A DNA stretch of 64,000 nt from Hemiscyllium ocellatum (GCF_020745735.1 NC_083438.1:24572068-24636067); one strand, 5' to 3'; positions 37,401 through 53,300 are shown, counted from the stretch's first letter. The notes: a model not told the origin generated them from the letters alone. Program-made: numbers and translations.

Positions 37401-39064
37401 AGACCTTCTTTCTCCTCTATCTCTCTTGGACACATCCTTTCTGTCTTGCAGGAAGGGACAGGGGACTGTTTCACAACGTGTGAAGTGCCATGTTAAGAGC
37501 AACAGCTTACAACAAATAATGCAAACAGATAAGTTGCCTTTCTTCAGCCTGTGGTCCTGTTTTAGTGCAGAGAATGGGACAGCAGCTCTATTTCCAGCTG
37601 TCTGGCTATCTTATTCTTATCCAAAAGCTCTTCAGCTACTTGGAAGTAAATCATATAGCTTGCAGCCAGAAGCTGTTTGTCATCAATAGCATCAACTCTC
37701 CACATGTCAATCAACTAATTTATGATGGCCATATCTCATTTTGTGCATATTTCATGCTGCTTTTCCATCTGAAACTAAACCTGTCATATTATCAAACAAT
37801 GAACATCGTAATCTAAATGCTGGTTAATTAAAACAATTGCCAGTTAAGTTGCAAATCATTCCACAATCAGTTTTAAATCAGACCTCTTCCTATTTCTGCC
37901 TGCAATCAAAAATAAGCAATTGCAATCGAACATTCTGTACATATAAAATATGATATCGATATTACAAGAAATTGGAAGAGATAAAAACAGAGAGAGAAAA
38001 AAAGTGAATGCGAGCCAGGGAAAGAAAACCAGCCAAGTGAGACAGAAGTAGAATAGTGGAAGAGAAAAGTACAGATCATGGCGGGAGTCGATGAAAGAAT
38101 ATTTCGAGTTAAAGCATAATCTGCTGGAGAAAGTCAGCAGGTCGGCCAGCATCTGTAAGAAGTGAAACAAAATTAACATTTCAAGTCAATGACCCTTCTT
38201 CAGAATGGATCCGTTCTGCTGAGAGATCATTGGCCTGGAAAGTTACCTTGTTTTCTCTCTCTCTCTCGACAGTTGTTTCATGACCTGCAGACACCAGAGC
38301 TTTCCGCTTTGTTTCAGATTTCCAGCATTTGCAGTTCTTCACGTTTATCTTAAAGGATGTTGTGATATTATTGAAATAAATACCTGTGAAATAAACTTGA
38401 TTGATACATCTAACTCGTGCATGAACACTGGCATTGATAAAACAAAATCGTATATACAATATTATTTTGGATTCATGTTATACACTGTTTATAAAGTGCA
38501 CACAAATAAAGGGTTAACATCAGAACAGTTCAGTTGGAGAGATCACAGTTGCTCGCTGAATTGGAAGAATGTGAAGCGCATAGTATTTCTCACCGCCATA
38601 CAATCCTGGAATACAGTCTGTACCCTTTGAAAGTTGAAAACAAGACATATCGGCAATCAAATCTGCAATTAAATCTGTTTACCCACATTGTCAGTTGAAA
38701 AAGAAATGCAGTTACATGCTGAAGCAAGGAACAGCCGAATGTCCGCACAATGTTGTTTGATGAAAATAATAGAAGTTAGGCTTGTTGAGCTTCTGAGTCA
38801 TTGCTATATTTTGGATGATGATTTTGCATGTGCATTAGTCCAAGTGAATCATATAGTAGAAATGTGGCAAATCAGCGTAACATGGGGCTCCTGTGGTGTC
38901 GGGCTGATTCACTCGCCTCTTGGCCATGGCAGTTGTGGTTGAAGTCCCACTTATTCAGATGGTGTGTCATCAGTTGCCTGAGCAGTTTGCTTTAGAAACG
39001 TCGGTCAAACAAAATAAAACACAATGTGAATACAACCCAGAATTTAACTTACAAATCAATTTAC

Positions 39065-39134
39065 CTGGGACACCCACAGCAGCAAGAAATGGATAGTAAA
39101 TTGCATATACCAAACCAAATGGTGGTTAGTGCAC
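39065..39134 (-). pseudogene. Dead exon-1 cassette psi2, copy 2
   Basis: GTG CAC TAA: start codon lost and the same stop present; donor intact. Confidence 0.88.
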
Positions 39135-42100
39135 TTTGATTCAGAAATAATAACCTCTCTGCAACTTCAAAACGATCAGATAGTGCAGTTTTTATCTAGA
39201 ACACAAAATCCCACCCGGATACCATTAGGAAACAGGTTTCGTAGAGTCAGTACCACTCCTCTTTAACAGTGATTGGGAGCATTGCTTTCATTCTATTCCT
39301 CTATATTAATCATCCGAGCGCCATCAAGCCAAGGACAAGAACAATCTTTGTTTGGAAAGATGCAACTTATTTGTAAATTCGCATTGCAGAGGTAACAAAG
39401 GTGAACGGTTCAAATGAAGCGGTGCATCTTGAAAACAAAATAAATTCTGTCCTCTGTTTATTATATTCCGTATTTAAGTCAGCACTCCTGAAGGACACAT
39501 TTACTTGCGCCACTATCACCAAGTCAAATGGTATAAATTTGATCAGCATTCTGTGTTTTATAGGAACAAATAACAAGAGCTTACCTAATATAAATGATAA
39601 AACAATCAAACAACTTGACAATTCAAATATTAGCATGTTTTCCTTGTTTTACAACTAAGTGCAGTTGTTGTGCTGCACATCTGTTTTAAAGGTTTCAGCC
39701 AAGGGGAGGGCACATTGCAGTTGTACATTGGTTCTCCTATTCAAAATCTAAGGATCTTATGATCTCAATAAAGCAACGGAAGGATCACGTTGCGTTCCCT
39801 AAATTTCAATTGGAATCATAATATGCTTAATATGTGTTGAGTTTGATGTCAGAATGTGGGAAGATGCATCACGTGTGTGATGGTAACAGTATCAATGTGC
39901 TCCGGTAACACCAAAAATCTTGTAAGTGTGGGGTAGCTATCAAAGAAAGATGTTTTTGCATTCAAACGTCTTTGACATGCTATCTTTCCCAAATCGATGG
40001 CAAAGTGAAGAGGAAATGCAGTGAATTTCTATAAAATCTGCCAGCATCGGCATAAGTGTATGTCAATATCAGCACAAACACTGTGGGGATCACTACTTCT
40101 CTTCTGTGTTTCTCATTTCTGCTGTGGATCTGTGTGCTGAAGTTATGAAGTGAGCTTAGAAATTTGAAGAGAAGCTTGCTGAAAAAAAAGGACGGAACAA
40201 AATACTGCTGTTTACTGCGTGAAATTGACTTGGAAAGATATTGCAGGTTTATTATTTGTCTGAAGAAACTGTAACTGATTCAGCGCTTAGATGCTGTTAG
40301 GCTCAGGGTCTGGCAGCTGGTGGGTGTTGCATTGGTCTCTCAAGTGTGAACCGGTAATGGCCAACCAATAATAGTGAATGTTGAAAAAGACAGACAAGAA
40401 AAGGTGGAACTGGTTTCATTTGAATTACGAGCGGGAGGTGGATTTACCTCGGAAGTTGCCAATTTGGGATGTGCTTCTTTTTCTTGTTTTGTTTTCTCCT
40501 CTTATTCCCATCTATTGTCTTGTTGAAGGTTTCGAAAAAGAAACCCAATCTATTTTGAGGAAGTAAAACTCTCCAGAATACCGTGTAAGGTATTTGCATT
40601 GACCAGTGATGCCAGAATTTAAGCTCAATATTCAGTCTGCATATTAGTTAAACATTTCACAAAGACCTTGTATTCTTTGACAACAACGTTATGGAATTGG
40701 CAAATTACGATTATTTTATTTTCATTTTATTTTATCCCTTAACTGCATCCGTTTGTCTGTCTATCTGTCTATCGGTGTGTGAATGGGTGTTTATGATCCA
40801 GGAATGTTGCATTTACCTCAAAATTAATTAGATTGCATTTGTCCATTGAAAGTTACGTTTTCATCATAGCTTGTTACTGATTCTTTCAATTATATAGTTG
40901 TTCCTCTTGTTTGTAAAGTCTGGTTGGGAACAATTGTTGACGTCACCAAATGCTCTCATTTCATTGTGTTGCAAATCCAGTGATCGCGAGGCTGAATTGA
41001 TTGCTATTGTTATCCCTGTGCCATTTTTTCTACCTATTTATATATACATTGAGAAACGAACCTGTTGTGTCAGATTAGATGAAATGGTTTAATTTATAGA
41101 TTAGATTACTTACAGTGTGGAAACAGGCCCTTCGGCCCGACAAATCCACACCGACCCTCCAAAGCGCAACCCACCCAGACCCCACTCCCCTACATTTACC
41201 CCTTCACCTAACGCTAAGGGCAATTTAGCATGGCCAAATCAACTCACCTGCAGATTTTTGGACGGTGAGACAAAACCAGAGCACCCGAAGGCAACCCACC
41301 CACAGTGCTAACCACTGTGCCACCGTGACGCCCATCTGGCACCTAGAACATTGAAGTTGCTACCGAGAGATATTCGTAAGAAATTTGTCAGCTGAATCAT
41401 CATCTGCACACATTGAAATAATGACCAGAGCATAATTTAATTACAAAATATAACAGGTGCTAGTATTTTATTGAAACGTAGGAAGCCATTTCACTGATGT
41501 ATTATAACAGACCATTGAACAAACACCAGATACTGTTTTGCCCACCCAGCGTTTTGCCCACAACGGTTTCTTGTGACTGAAAATTCCCCCGACTCACTAA
41601 CCTCTGGGTAGGAACAACATTCTCCTCCTGCTCAGTCCTAAATGGCCTGCCCTACATCCTATGCTGTGAGCTTCTTGTTCTGGAATTTATAACCACAGAG
41701 GATCTTTCTTTTTATCGGCTCTCTTTAATTATATTAGAAATTTATAGATTTCTATGAGATCCTCCATTCATTCCTCCAAACTTCGATGAACATAGTATGA
41801 ACAGAGCCAATCTTTCTTCATACATCTGTATTGACATTCCATGTCTCAGTCTGATACACCTTCATTGTTCTTCAAAAGTCAATACATTCTTCCTCAAATA
41901 ACGAGACCAGAACAGCACAAAATACTCAGATGTATTGTTACAAATAATTAATGATGCTCATGCTGAAAGGACAAGTGGTAGAGTGGTGCAGATGCTGAGG
42001 AAGGGAGTTCCAGAGCCGTGATCATCAACTATGGAGAATACGACGATCAGCATTGCTTCAAAAGAATTGCTCATTCATAAATGTTAAAATAAGCTTCATG

Positions 42101-45100
42101 TAACTTTTCTGTTACGATACAGAGATGTAAAAGCTTGTGTAGACCAAAATGGATGGGAATTTAGTATATCCAAAACAAAGTATCAGAAATTTAATTGTGA
42201 CACCGTTCTGCAGCACGCTTAACTGCAGTTACACATCATGAATAAATTGATTTCATGTGATTTAGGCGATGGACAAAAGAAATTTGGGTGAGATTAAGTC
42301 CCGTAATCGTGAAGGTCGCAGCCTGATGATACCAGCATTGAAACAGTGATACTTCACAGTAAAACATGGAAATTCAGCCATGATGGCTGTGATAATGCTA
42401 TTCTTTTAACAAGGTGATGTTGTCCTTGGTTTCTTCTCAGAGATCATAAAAGACACAGACTCTGAAAAGTCTAAGTTGAAGGGTTTTAGGGCCAAGTTGA
42501 TTACAGCTAATAGATACTGCCTTTTAAGGCAAAATGCTTTTAAGTTAAAAAACAAACTTGTACAATGAAAAGGGAGTGGCCAGTACTTCCGACTCAGCTA
42601 TTCACTGGTTCGGTTTTTAATTGTAACAGTCCTGTTGTGAAGCTGCTGTACCAAAAGAAGAAGGTCCTGGCTGATACTCTCTCTCTGTCTGACATCTCTC
42701 CTGTATAGCCCAGTGTTTGACATTATATTTTGTACAAAATGGTGATTGTGGGGATTGTTCAAGCAGTTGAAACAGCGTTATTAATTTGGGGTAATGTGTT
42801 GGGCTTTTGGATCGTTTAAGTTATTCAGTATTCTGTTCACTTTTGTTTGTGTTTCATTTGGTCATCTTGGAAATAAATTCTGTACTGTTTAAAACTACGT
42901 GGTTTTTTCAACGTTACTTAAAAGAATTAGCAAAGTTAGGGTCTGGGCTACTTTCTTCAAATGTTTTGAGGGGGTCTGAGTTGCTCCATAACACTGCTGA
43001 AGATCCTTGTTTATAAAACTTCCTCACTCATTATTCTGTACCTTTGTAGCCTTTCAATTGACCAATATTGCATCAATTTGTTATTTCTACTCTTTCTCAA
43101 AACATTCTTAACTATACCATTTGCTAATTGCATTTCTATAACTTCTGAAAACTTATTTTTTGTTCAGGCATTTAATAACATGAATTTCCGTCCTTGTTCT
43201 TGACAATGTTCATCCTTAAGCAATCCATTTAAATGTACTTTGGATTTCCTTTGTGAGTATACCATGAACTGAGACTTCATTCTTGAATTCTCCTTTTCAT
43301 TTCTACTTTGATACAACTTACAGAAATAATATTTAATTAATGTATTTGTTGGGCTCTACATACATTAGCCCAGTAGTAATTCACAGATTATGTCTTTCCA
43401 GTGAATTTGTAACTATCTTTTCCACGATGGATTTTTATAATTCCACTTTTGTCATCTCGTGTCTAGATTTTAATTGACATACTCACATCACTTTGTATGC
43501 TTGCATCAAAAGTGGGCTGTGTACCCCTAATCATGGTTCTCTACACGTATCTATCTGTAACATTGACCCATGAAGTTCTAATATCAAACTGAGAACAGAT
43601 AAGGGGAAGAAAACAACAATCCAATGAATTCGACCAGCTGCTTCACTGAACGGATATCCAATTTTTCCACACTAATTTTCTATGCATTTGAACTAGCTGA
43701 CCAATTGATATACCAATTGTGTAGTGTAATCACTAACTGATCACATTAGAATATGCAGGAGACAACTAAATAGTAGTTGATACACAAAAATGTTTTGAAC
43801 TGTTCTGATGTTATCCGCCTTTTGACTATTCATGACTTAGCTTGTTGGCGATTATCATTTTGTTCTCAGTAAAGTGCAGTCTCTCCCAACGTATCAACTT
43901 CGTTGCTTTGGAAGCTGCTGTACATTGGCAGTTAACATTTTTGTTACATTGAAACAGCTTTATAAAACATGTATCCTATTCAAATCCTTGCTCATCAATC
44001 TGACATGAGTTACCAGCCATAACAAAACAATTGCGTTCCTTGATAGTTCAGTTAACCTTCCCAAACCACTCCTTTGTATTGCTTTGATTTGATTTTCTGT
44101 ATGAAGTTGCAGATGATAAGTTGCATTCCAGAAGCAGCTATTGTTGCATCATCGCCATCTTTTGTAATGAGATGTACGATGAGCATTTAGTGTTCAGGTT
44201 CTGTTGGCCTTTATATAATTATTATATTATTATCAAGATAAAAATTGATAACATTTTTGCATTATGTTACAAAAATATACTGCTTTGTTTAACTTCATGG
44301 AATGTAAATGAATTAAAAATGCTGACTAAATAATAATTAGGAGAAAGTGAGGACTGCAGATGCTGGAGATCAGAGCTGAAAATGTGTTGCTGGAAAAGCG
44401 CAGCAGGTCAGGCAGCATCTAAGGAACAGGAGAATCGACGTTTCGGGCATGACAAATTTAAAGTCGTTGTTCAATTCATCAACTCATAAATGTAGCATGA
44501 CTGAAAAATTACCTTCAGAGCTGACTGCAGTGTAACAGTAACAATCAGAATGATGCAGAGAGGAGAACCAATGCAAGTGCATGGGTTTGCTCTTTCATAC
44601 CATCTATTTCACTTTTGTTTGAACTTTTACTTTTTGAAATGGACAGAAATAAACCGTTAGGACAGAAAAACGGACAGTGATGCATTTAGTTAGACTGTAA
44701 TATCTCGCCAAAGTGGGGAGGATATTCAGTGTATGATATTCTTCCCTACAATCGGATATTAATAATGGTATGCACCCCTTGGAAGTCTAAAGCAAGATAT
44801 ATCAACATTCAAATGTAAAATGAAGCACTGTGCACCTGATTGATGATCTTTAACTGACTAAATATATTTCATGGGGGACGAATTGAAAGAAAAGTTATTC
44901 ACTGAAGCAGAAAAGAATATTTGAATAAAATATTTTAACTAAGTAACATAAATGATACTTGTTTTTCCAAAGGCTAATTGCCACCGTTTATGTGACGATT
45001 TTGCAAACACATTAACTTCGGTGAATTCTACAGCAGAGGTGCAGCAAGTACAATGAGATAGTCACACACAGTTTTACACAATTCTCGAGATTGCACATTA

Positions 45101-45101
45101 C

Positions 45102-45171
45102 CTGGGATACCCACAGCAGCAAGAATTGGATAGTAAATTGCATACATCAGACCAGATGGTGGTTCATGCAT
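45102..45171 (-). CDS. Intact exon 1 MHEPPSGLMYAIYYPILAAVGIP(G), probable first exon of GPCR A copy 2 (10.6 kb intron)
   Basis: ATG, GT donor and TATATATAAAG (45227-45237) all intact. Confidence 0.72.
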
Positions 45172-47018
45172 GTTCATTCAGATGTAATAATCTGTCAGCA
45201 ACCACAACACGATAGGCTGGTGAAATCTTTATATATAATCTAAAAACCATAAGGGGCACTATTTGTCAACAGTTCGTGATATCAGTACCAATTATTTTTA
45301 ACTATTGTTGAGCAAATTGCTGTCATGCTATTCTTAGGATTGTGTTGCCCCACTGCTGACAATCACAGAAAAGGAAACAAAACAAAAATAAATCCCTCAC
45401 TAGTCATTATTCAGCTGAATAATTTCGCATTATACAGTAAACAAATGAAAAACGAAAACTCTCCTGTGTAAACTTTATTCTGGTATTTCCCACACCTCTC
45501 CAATGTTTCATGCAGACTAATGGACAAATTACACTCCTTTTTGAGGAGGAGTCTGTATTGAGTATTATTTTTTTCTTAACGAATGCAACGGTCCTCAATC
45601 AGATCACACAATTGAATAAGTGTTTTGCCTATATTCAGTAGCAGCCCACTGCACTATTTCAATGCCAAAGCAGCTTTTTTAAAAAAATATAACTCCTACA
45701 TTCTCACTCTTTCCCATTACTGAGGCCTAATCACCCTCTCACACTACAATTTGTCTACCTCTAATGAGGGAGTCTGATGTTACCCTGTCAATGTAATAAA
45801 ATAATTCTGAGAACGATATTGCACTGATTAAATTTCAACTGGCAACATCAAACCAGAACGTCTCAACTGCATCTAATATGCTAGAGTAAGATGTTACAAT
45901 GTGATAATATATAGTTCTGTACCATGACCTATAGCGACATTTACACAGGTCACTCTAAAAGAATTGTTATTGTGAGAACATAATGAAATAATGAGAGTAA
46001 CTACTTTGAAATAACTTTCACAAAACTTCAACTTACAGCATCGATTATAAAGCAGAAAGAAAGTGTTGAGAGAAAGGAATTTCTTTAAATTTATCTAGAG
46101 ATCAAGCCTCTATTAGTCTCAATGAAACTACATGAAGCGACACTTGTTGAAATTAGAGAATTCCAAACAAATGTCAGTGTCACTGTTATTTGAGAGAATA
46201 CTCAAAATCTTCGACCCAGCTATTCTTCCTTTTTGTGACAGACAACACAGGGAGTGGACTCAGGCTTTACTTCATCAAACCCTCTTTTTTAAGTTGGTAA
46301 CTGCCAAAACTCAATATAAGCATGCATTTGTTGTAACATTTACTTCTTTACATCTAAACGACTCCCAAAGATTGACACCAAGTCGTAAATGGCAACATTC
46401 ATGCTCCATATCACGTAATATGATGCCAGTGTGTTGAAGAGATTCATAGCATCACTTGCCTTTTCTAGTCCATACAGGAACCTGCAGGCCATAACTTACA
46501 GGACAAATCACAACATGCCCTGGCTGCAGTGTTATTTGAGGTCAATGTTTAACCAACTTGACCATAATAATGCTTCATAATTTTTCTTAATTAGTCTCAA
46601 CGCTATTTCTGCTCCCATCCGCCTGACCACAGTCCTTCCTCTTGATCTTGAGTTCCAAGCGAAATGGATCACAACCATGACCTCGTTCTAAGAAAAACCA
46701 AATGATTAATTTTATATTCCGACAAGTAGTTAACTACTTGCACACAGAACATCAATTTCATCTTTACTTCTCATATTTATCTCTCTTTTCTATTTAACAA
46801 ATTGAACTGTAAAATTATTAAAGTACACAATATTTTTAACCTTGGAACATATGGTAAGGATGAACCAAAGAATGTATCTGTATATATTTACAAAACATGA
46901 GAATCACCCCTTTGAGGCGATGTCCTACAACTATGCCTCTCTTCACCATTTTAAGGATTATACCAAGTTACGCATTTAAAGCTGTCTTTCCCATCTTGTA
47001 CATATCTGTACATGATAT

Positions 47019-47337
47019 GGGCAGCATGGTGGCACAGTGGTTAGCAGTGTTGCCTCACAGCACCCGAGACCTGGGTTCAATTCTCGCTTCAGGTGACTGT
47101 GTGGAGTTTGCACGTTCTCCCCGTGTCTGCGTGGGTTTCCTCTGGGTTCTCTTGTTTCCTCCCACAGTCCAAAAATGTGCAGGTTAGGTGAATTGGCCAT
47201 GCTAAATTGCCCGTAATGTTTGGTGAAGGGTAAATGTAGGGGAATGGGTCTGGGTGGGTTGCGCTTCAGTGGGTCGGTGTGGACTTGTTGGGCCGAAGGC
47301 CCTGTTTCCACTCTGCAAGTAATCTAGTCTAATCTAA
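47019..47337 (+). mobile_element. Full-length SINE present only in unit 2
   Basis: Empty site at 17511-17530 in unit 1 (tgtacatat|gttttactcc). Confidence 0.92.
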
Positions 47338-50300
47338 TGTGTTTTACTCCAAGTCCCAAAATGTGCACAAAATAAATTTGATAATGTAAAAGGACTCTGA
47401 TCTGGATCAGACTGAACCTCAACTATACCACAATGGGGGTTATTGTAATACCCAACAAAAAATCTCTTACACATTGATATTCACATCTGATGATAATTGA
47501 TGCATCAAATTCAATATTCAAGTGTCCATTTTCGCTAGGAGTGAATATTGTGGAGTCAACCATAGATCATCCATCTGCTTAAAGCAAAACACCATTTTTA
47601 ACAGTTGTGTGCCAATCATCAAACCAAGAAGAATCATTTCAATGATGAACTCCATCTTCAATCGCCCTATAATAGAATCAAGATAGTACTTTGTTTACAA
47701 ACTATTACTTTATTTATTATATTTATTTACCAGGCACAGTCGGTAAACAACCTTTACAAATATGAGGGCATATTAATATAATTTTTCTTATAGTTGTGAA
47801 GACTGAGAATAACGATGAATAGCATTCAGATAAAAAGCATCTTGATGCGACAAGATTTCCTGGAAGAAGTGGTAGTTATAAATATGGGCAAACATCAGAA
47901 AGAGAAATCTGGAGCTCTTTGAGTACTGGGAATTATGTCATCATGCATAATTTGTGCAACAGCTTGATCAACAACTTTCAATGTATCATTCTTCAATCTG
48001 CTTCCCTCTTCTAGAATCTGAACACCAATCAACTCATCACCTGTTCTCATATTGACCTCTGCAAACCTCATTAAACAATTGTGATTATCTTGTGACCAAA
48101 GTACTTGCCTGGACTCCTGTGACTCATTTAATAAATTTTAAATTCTGAAACAACCTAAGTGCGCTGTTCAGTCCACTGCCATGGAACATTTTTCTTCCAA
48201 AGATCTGATAATGAAGATGCTTTGGTAGAAAAAACACCAGCAATAGCCCACGAATCCCAAAAAAAATCAAAGGGAATTTTCATCTGAAGATTAATTTTCA
48301 TCTGCAAAATGGATCCAATGTATCTTGTTCAATTTCACGCTTCATTTGGCCTACCACAGAATCTAAGTGCACTATCGGTGTTTCCAGTGAGATGATGGTG
48401 CAGTAGGGTTTCTGAGTCTGGGGCTTCTCTGCTCTATCTTCCCAGAGATACTCCCTGAATTGCTGTGCAAGTTGGCATGATGTCTCCTCAATGTAGAAGA
48501 GACCACCTCGACAGCAGTGGATGCCGTAGATGAGGGAGGTGGATGAGCAGTATAATCTCTGCCAGATGTGAAATTATCCTTTGGGTCCTTAGACGGAAGT
48601 GACGTGTGCGGTGTGGATGCAGGTTTTGCACCTTGTGTGGTGTCAAAAGAAGGTGGCAGGTATGGAGGGTGGTTTTGTGGTATGTGTGGAACTAAGAAGG
48701 GAGTCATGGAGGGAATGGTCTCTATGGAGCGCAGATACAGGTGGGAAGGGACATACATCTTTAGTGGTGTGGTTTGACTGTAGGTGGTGGGAATCGAGGA
48801 GGATACTGCACTGAATATGGAAATTAGTGGGGTGGAAGGTTTGGAGCAGGGGGATTCTATTCTTGTTGTTGTTGAAGGGATGGGGTTCGAGGGTGGAGGT
48901 GCAGGAAGTGGAGGAACTGCACTGGAGGACATTGTTGATCACGTGGGAGGGGAAACTGCAGTCCTTGACGCAAGAGGGAATCTGGGATCTCCTGAAGTGG
49001 AATTGCTCCTCCTGGGAGCAGTTATGGCAGAGGTGGAGGTATTTGGAGGACTGGATGCATTCTTACAGAGGAGTTGGAGGAGGTGTAGTCACCGTGCTGG
49101 AGAGAGTCAGTAGGCAATTATAGTTATCAGTCGGAGGACTCAAAGGTCGTGATCTCGGGATTTCTACCAGTGCCATGTGCAAGCCAGGGTAGAAATGACA
49201 TAATCGGCAGGGTGAGCACGTAGCTTGAGGAATGGTGTAGGAGGGAGGGGTTCAGATTTGTGGAACTTGGGACCGGTTCTGGGGAAGGTAGAACTATTAC
49301 AAATTGAATAGTCTACACCCGAACCAGACTGGAAAGAATTGCCCTTGGGGGAGTTTTTGTTACTGCTGTTGGGGAGGTTTTAAAGTAATGTGGTGGGTGC
49401 TGGGAATCAGAAGAGAAGACTACTAGACAGTGAGATGGAAAATGAAGACTATAAGAATCAGGAAGTTAGCATTACCAAGGGGAAGAGTAGGCACACAGCA
49501 GATGAATACAAAAGAACTGGTGGTCTGAAGTGCATATACTTTAATGCAAGGTGTGTAGTGGTTAAGTCAGATGAATTTAGGGCTTGGATTGGTGCCTGCG
49601 AGTATGACGTTATTGCAATCAAAAGAGACTTGGTTGAAGGAAGGACGTGGAGGGCAGGGAAGAAAGTAAAAGTGGGAGAGGAGTTGCATTGCTGGTCAGA
49701 GATAATATCACTGCTGTGCTAAAGGAGGACACGATGGGGGCTTGAGCAGTGAGGCATTATGGGTAGAGCTGATAAATAAGAGGGATGCCGTTACATTGGT
49801 GGGGCTGTATTATAGGCATCCCAACCGTGAGTGTGAGGTAGAAGAACAAACAGGTTATGGAAAGGTGTAGAGAAAACAGGGTGGTGATGATGGGAGATTT
49901 TAATTTTCCCAACGATTACTGGGATACACTTCGTGTCAGAGGACTGGATGGGGCAGAATTTATTAGGAGAGTCCAGGATGTTTCTAGAGCAGTATGTCAA
50001 TAGTCCAGCAAGGGAAAGAGGCTATATTGAACCTGGTGTTGGGGAATGAGCTAACCAGGTAGTAGAAGTTGCAGTGGGAGATTTCTTTGGGAATAGTGAT
50101 TGCAATTCTGTAAGTTTTAGAATACTCGTAGACAAAAATGAGAGTGGTCCTAAGGGGCGAGTACTAAATTGGGCCAAAGCCAACTATATCAAAATTAGGC
50201 AGGAGCTGAGAAACGTGGATTGGACGCAGCTATTTGAAGGAAATAGCTATTTGATATGTATGGGGCTTTCAAAGATAGTGCAGGATAGGCATGTCCCTTT

Positions 50301-53300
50301 GAAAACAAGGGATAGGAAAGGCAAGATTCGTGAACCGTGGATGACAGGAGAGATCGTGCGACTAGCCAAGAGGAAAAGGGAAGCATACATAAAGTCCAGG
50401 CAGATAAGAAGAGAATGGGCCTTGGAGGAATATCGGGAGAGTAGGACCAATTTTCAATGAGGAATCAAGTGGGCTGAAATGGGTCATGAAATGACTTTAT
50501 TTTGCAGAATGAAGGAGAATCCCAAGGTCTTTTATGCTTATATAAGAATCAAGAAGGTAACCAGAGAAAGGGTTGGCCCACCAAAGGGTAAGGAAGAAGC
50601 TTGTGTGTCGAACCTAAGAAAATGGGTGAGATTCTCAATGATTACTTTGCATCAGTGTTCACTGAGGAACGGGAGGTGATGAATGCTGAGATTAGAGATA
50701 GAAGTTTGTTTACCCTGGACCACATTAAATAAGGAGGGAATATGTGTTGGATAGGCTAAAGGATATCAAGGTGATCAACTCCCCCGGAGGGATGGGATCT
50801 ATCCCAGGTTGCTGAGGGAGGCTAGCAAGGAAATGGCTGGGGCCCTGACAGATATCTTTCCAGCATTCTTGGACACAGGTGAAGTGCCGGAGGACTGGAG
50901 GGTTGCTCATGTTGTCCCCTGTATATGAAGGGTAGTAGGGATATTCCAGAAAACTACAGACAAGTGAGCCTGATGTCAGTGGTGGGAAAATTGTGGGAGA
51001 AGGTACTAAGCGATACAATCTATTTATAGTTGGAAAAGAATGGTCTGATCAGTGATAGGCAACATGGTTTTGTGCATAGGAGACCGCTCCTTTCCAACTT
51101 AATAGAGTTCTTTCAGGAAGTGACTAAGTTGACAGATGAAGGAAGGGCTGTTGATGCGATATACTTGGACTTCAGAAAGGCTTTTGATTAGGTTACCTGT
51201 GGTAAACTAATGGAGAAAATGCAGTCACATGGTGTGCAAGGTGTTCTAGCTAGGTGGATAAAGAATTGGTTGAGCAACAGTAGACAGAGAGTCCTAGTTG
51301 AAGGGAGTTTCTCAAAATCAAGAAAGATGACCAGTGGTGTTCCACAGGGACCATTGCTAGGGACACTGTCATTTGTAATATACACCAATGATCTGGAAGA
51401 GGGCATTGTTCGTCTGATCAGAAAGCTTGCAGATGAGACAAAGATTGGTGGAGGAGCAGAAAGCACAGGGGATTGACAAAGAATACAGGAGAGTATAGAC
51501 AGACTGGAGAGTTGGGTGGAGAAGTGGAAGATGGAGTTCAATCCAGGCAAATGTGAGGTGATGCATTTTGGGAAGTCTAATTCTAGAGCAGACTATACTG
51601 TAAACGGAAGAGCCTTGGGAAAAGTTGATGAGCAGAGAGATCTGGGAGTTCAGGTCCAGTGTACCCAGAAGGTGACTGCACAGATGGATAGAGTGGTCAA
51701 GAAGGCATATGGTATGCCTGCCTTCATTGGTCGGGATATTGAGTATAAGAGCTCAATAAAATGATAAAATTGTACAAGACATTGATTCGGCCGCATTTTG
51801 AATACTGTGTACAGTTCTGGTCGCCACATTACCGAAAGGATATTGATGCTTTGAAAAGGGTGCAGAGAAGGTTTACGAGGATGTTGCCTGGCATGGAAGG
51901 TGTTCGCTATGAAGAGAGGTTGAGTAGGTTAGAAGTGTTTTCATGAGAAAAAATTAGATTGCGGGGGTACCTGATTGAGGTTTACAAAATCATGAAGAGT
52001 AGATAGAGATAAGCTTTTTCTCAGGGTGATAGATTCAATACTGAGACATCACGCGTTCAAGGTGAGAGGTGAAAAGTTTAAGGGGGATATACGCAGCAAG
52101 TACTTTACACAGAGGGTGGTGGGGAGCTGGAGCGTGTTGCCAGCAGACGTAGCAGATGCAGGTACGGCAGATTCATGTAAGGTGCATCTGGACAGATACA
52201 TAAGTAGGGTGGGGAGAGCAGAGGGATACAGATGCTTCGGAATTGAATGATTATTTTAGACAGTGGATTTGGATTGGCTCAGGCTTGGAGGGCCGAAGGA
52301 CCTATTCCTGGGCTGTAAACTTTCTTTGATCTTTATTTTTTGTACCCTCCAAAGAGACAGGCATAGCTGGCACTCATATGGGTGTTCGTGGCTAACTCTC
52401 TGGTCTGATGGAAGTGGCTGGATTCGAAGGAGAAGCTATTGAGGTTGAGGACTAGTTCTGCCAACCTGTAGGCATAGCTTACAGGACAGGTTGCAACATT
52501 GTGGATGTCGGTCAGAGTTTACTGTAGCCTGACCAAAGTTGCCAGCATTTTTGATTGCATCTCTTAATCAATCGTGTTGCAATTTCTGCTATGACCCACC
52601 TGACCATGATGACAATGGATCAATTGTTCTCCTGTGTTGGAATTTTCCAATCAGAGCAGTGTTAACAGCATTTCTCTGAATCATTTCAATTGTGCATTGA
52701 AACAATGACAAGGATGCAGTTTTGCAATGTTACAAATGTTGTTATGTTACTGACCACTAGAAAACTATTTCAAAGCGAACAATGACATACTAAATAAATA
52801 ATTTGCAGGTATTTCTTTCTCTTGCTTCACTTTGTCTCCATCTTAAGCTATGTTGCAAATATCAGTATTTAAAACATACAACTGAATAAGCTTCATGATT
52901 TTCCTTGAGTAACCAGCAATTGTCACAAAATTGCTCAGTTCACTTTCTGTTCTATGTTACTTTCTTCCAAGCACCTTTTCAGAGATTAACTATATTGTCT
53001 CTAGAATCCACCATAGACAACTGAATGAATTTGACTGTCATATTCATTTTTTTCTGCTGAGTATATTTATTGTAGTCAAAATAACATGTTTCAAAATATT
53101 GGAATTGATATAGACTTATATCAAGAGTTTTGAAGATTACTGCTTGCATGATACAACCAAGGACTTCTCGAGTTAGCACTCTAAACAGATTTTAACTGCT
53201 ACTGTAGCATGCACTTAAAAAGTAAAGCGATGAAAACTAGTGAGCAAACATTTTGGGGAAAATTTAATTTTCTTAATATCAGCATGGAGATGTCCGTGCA

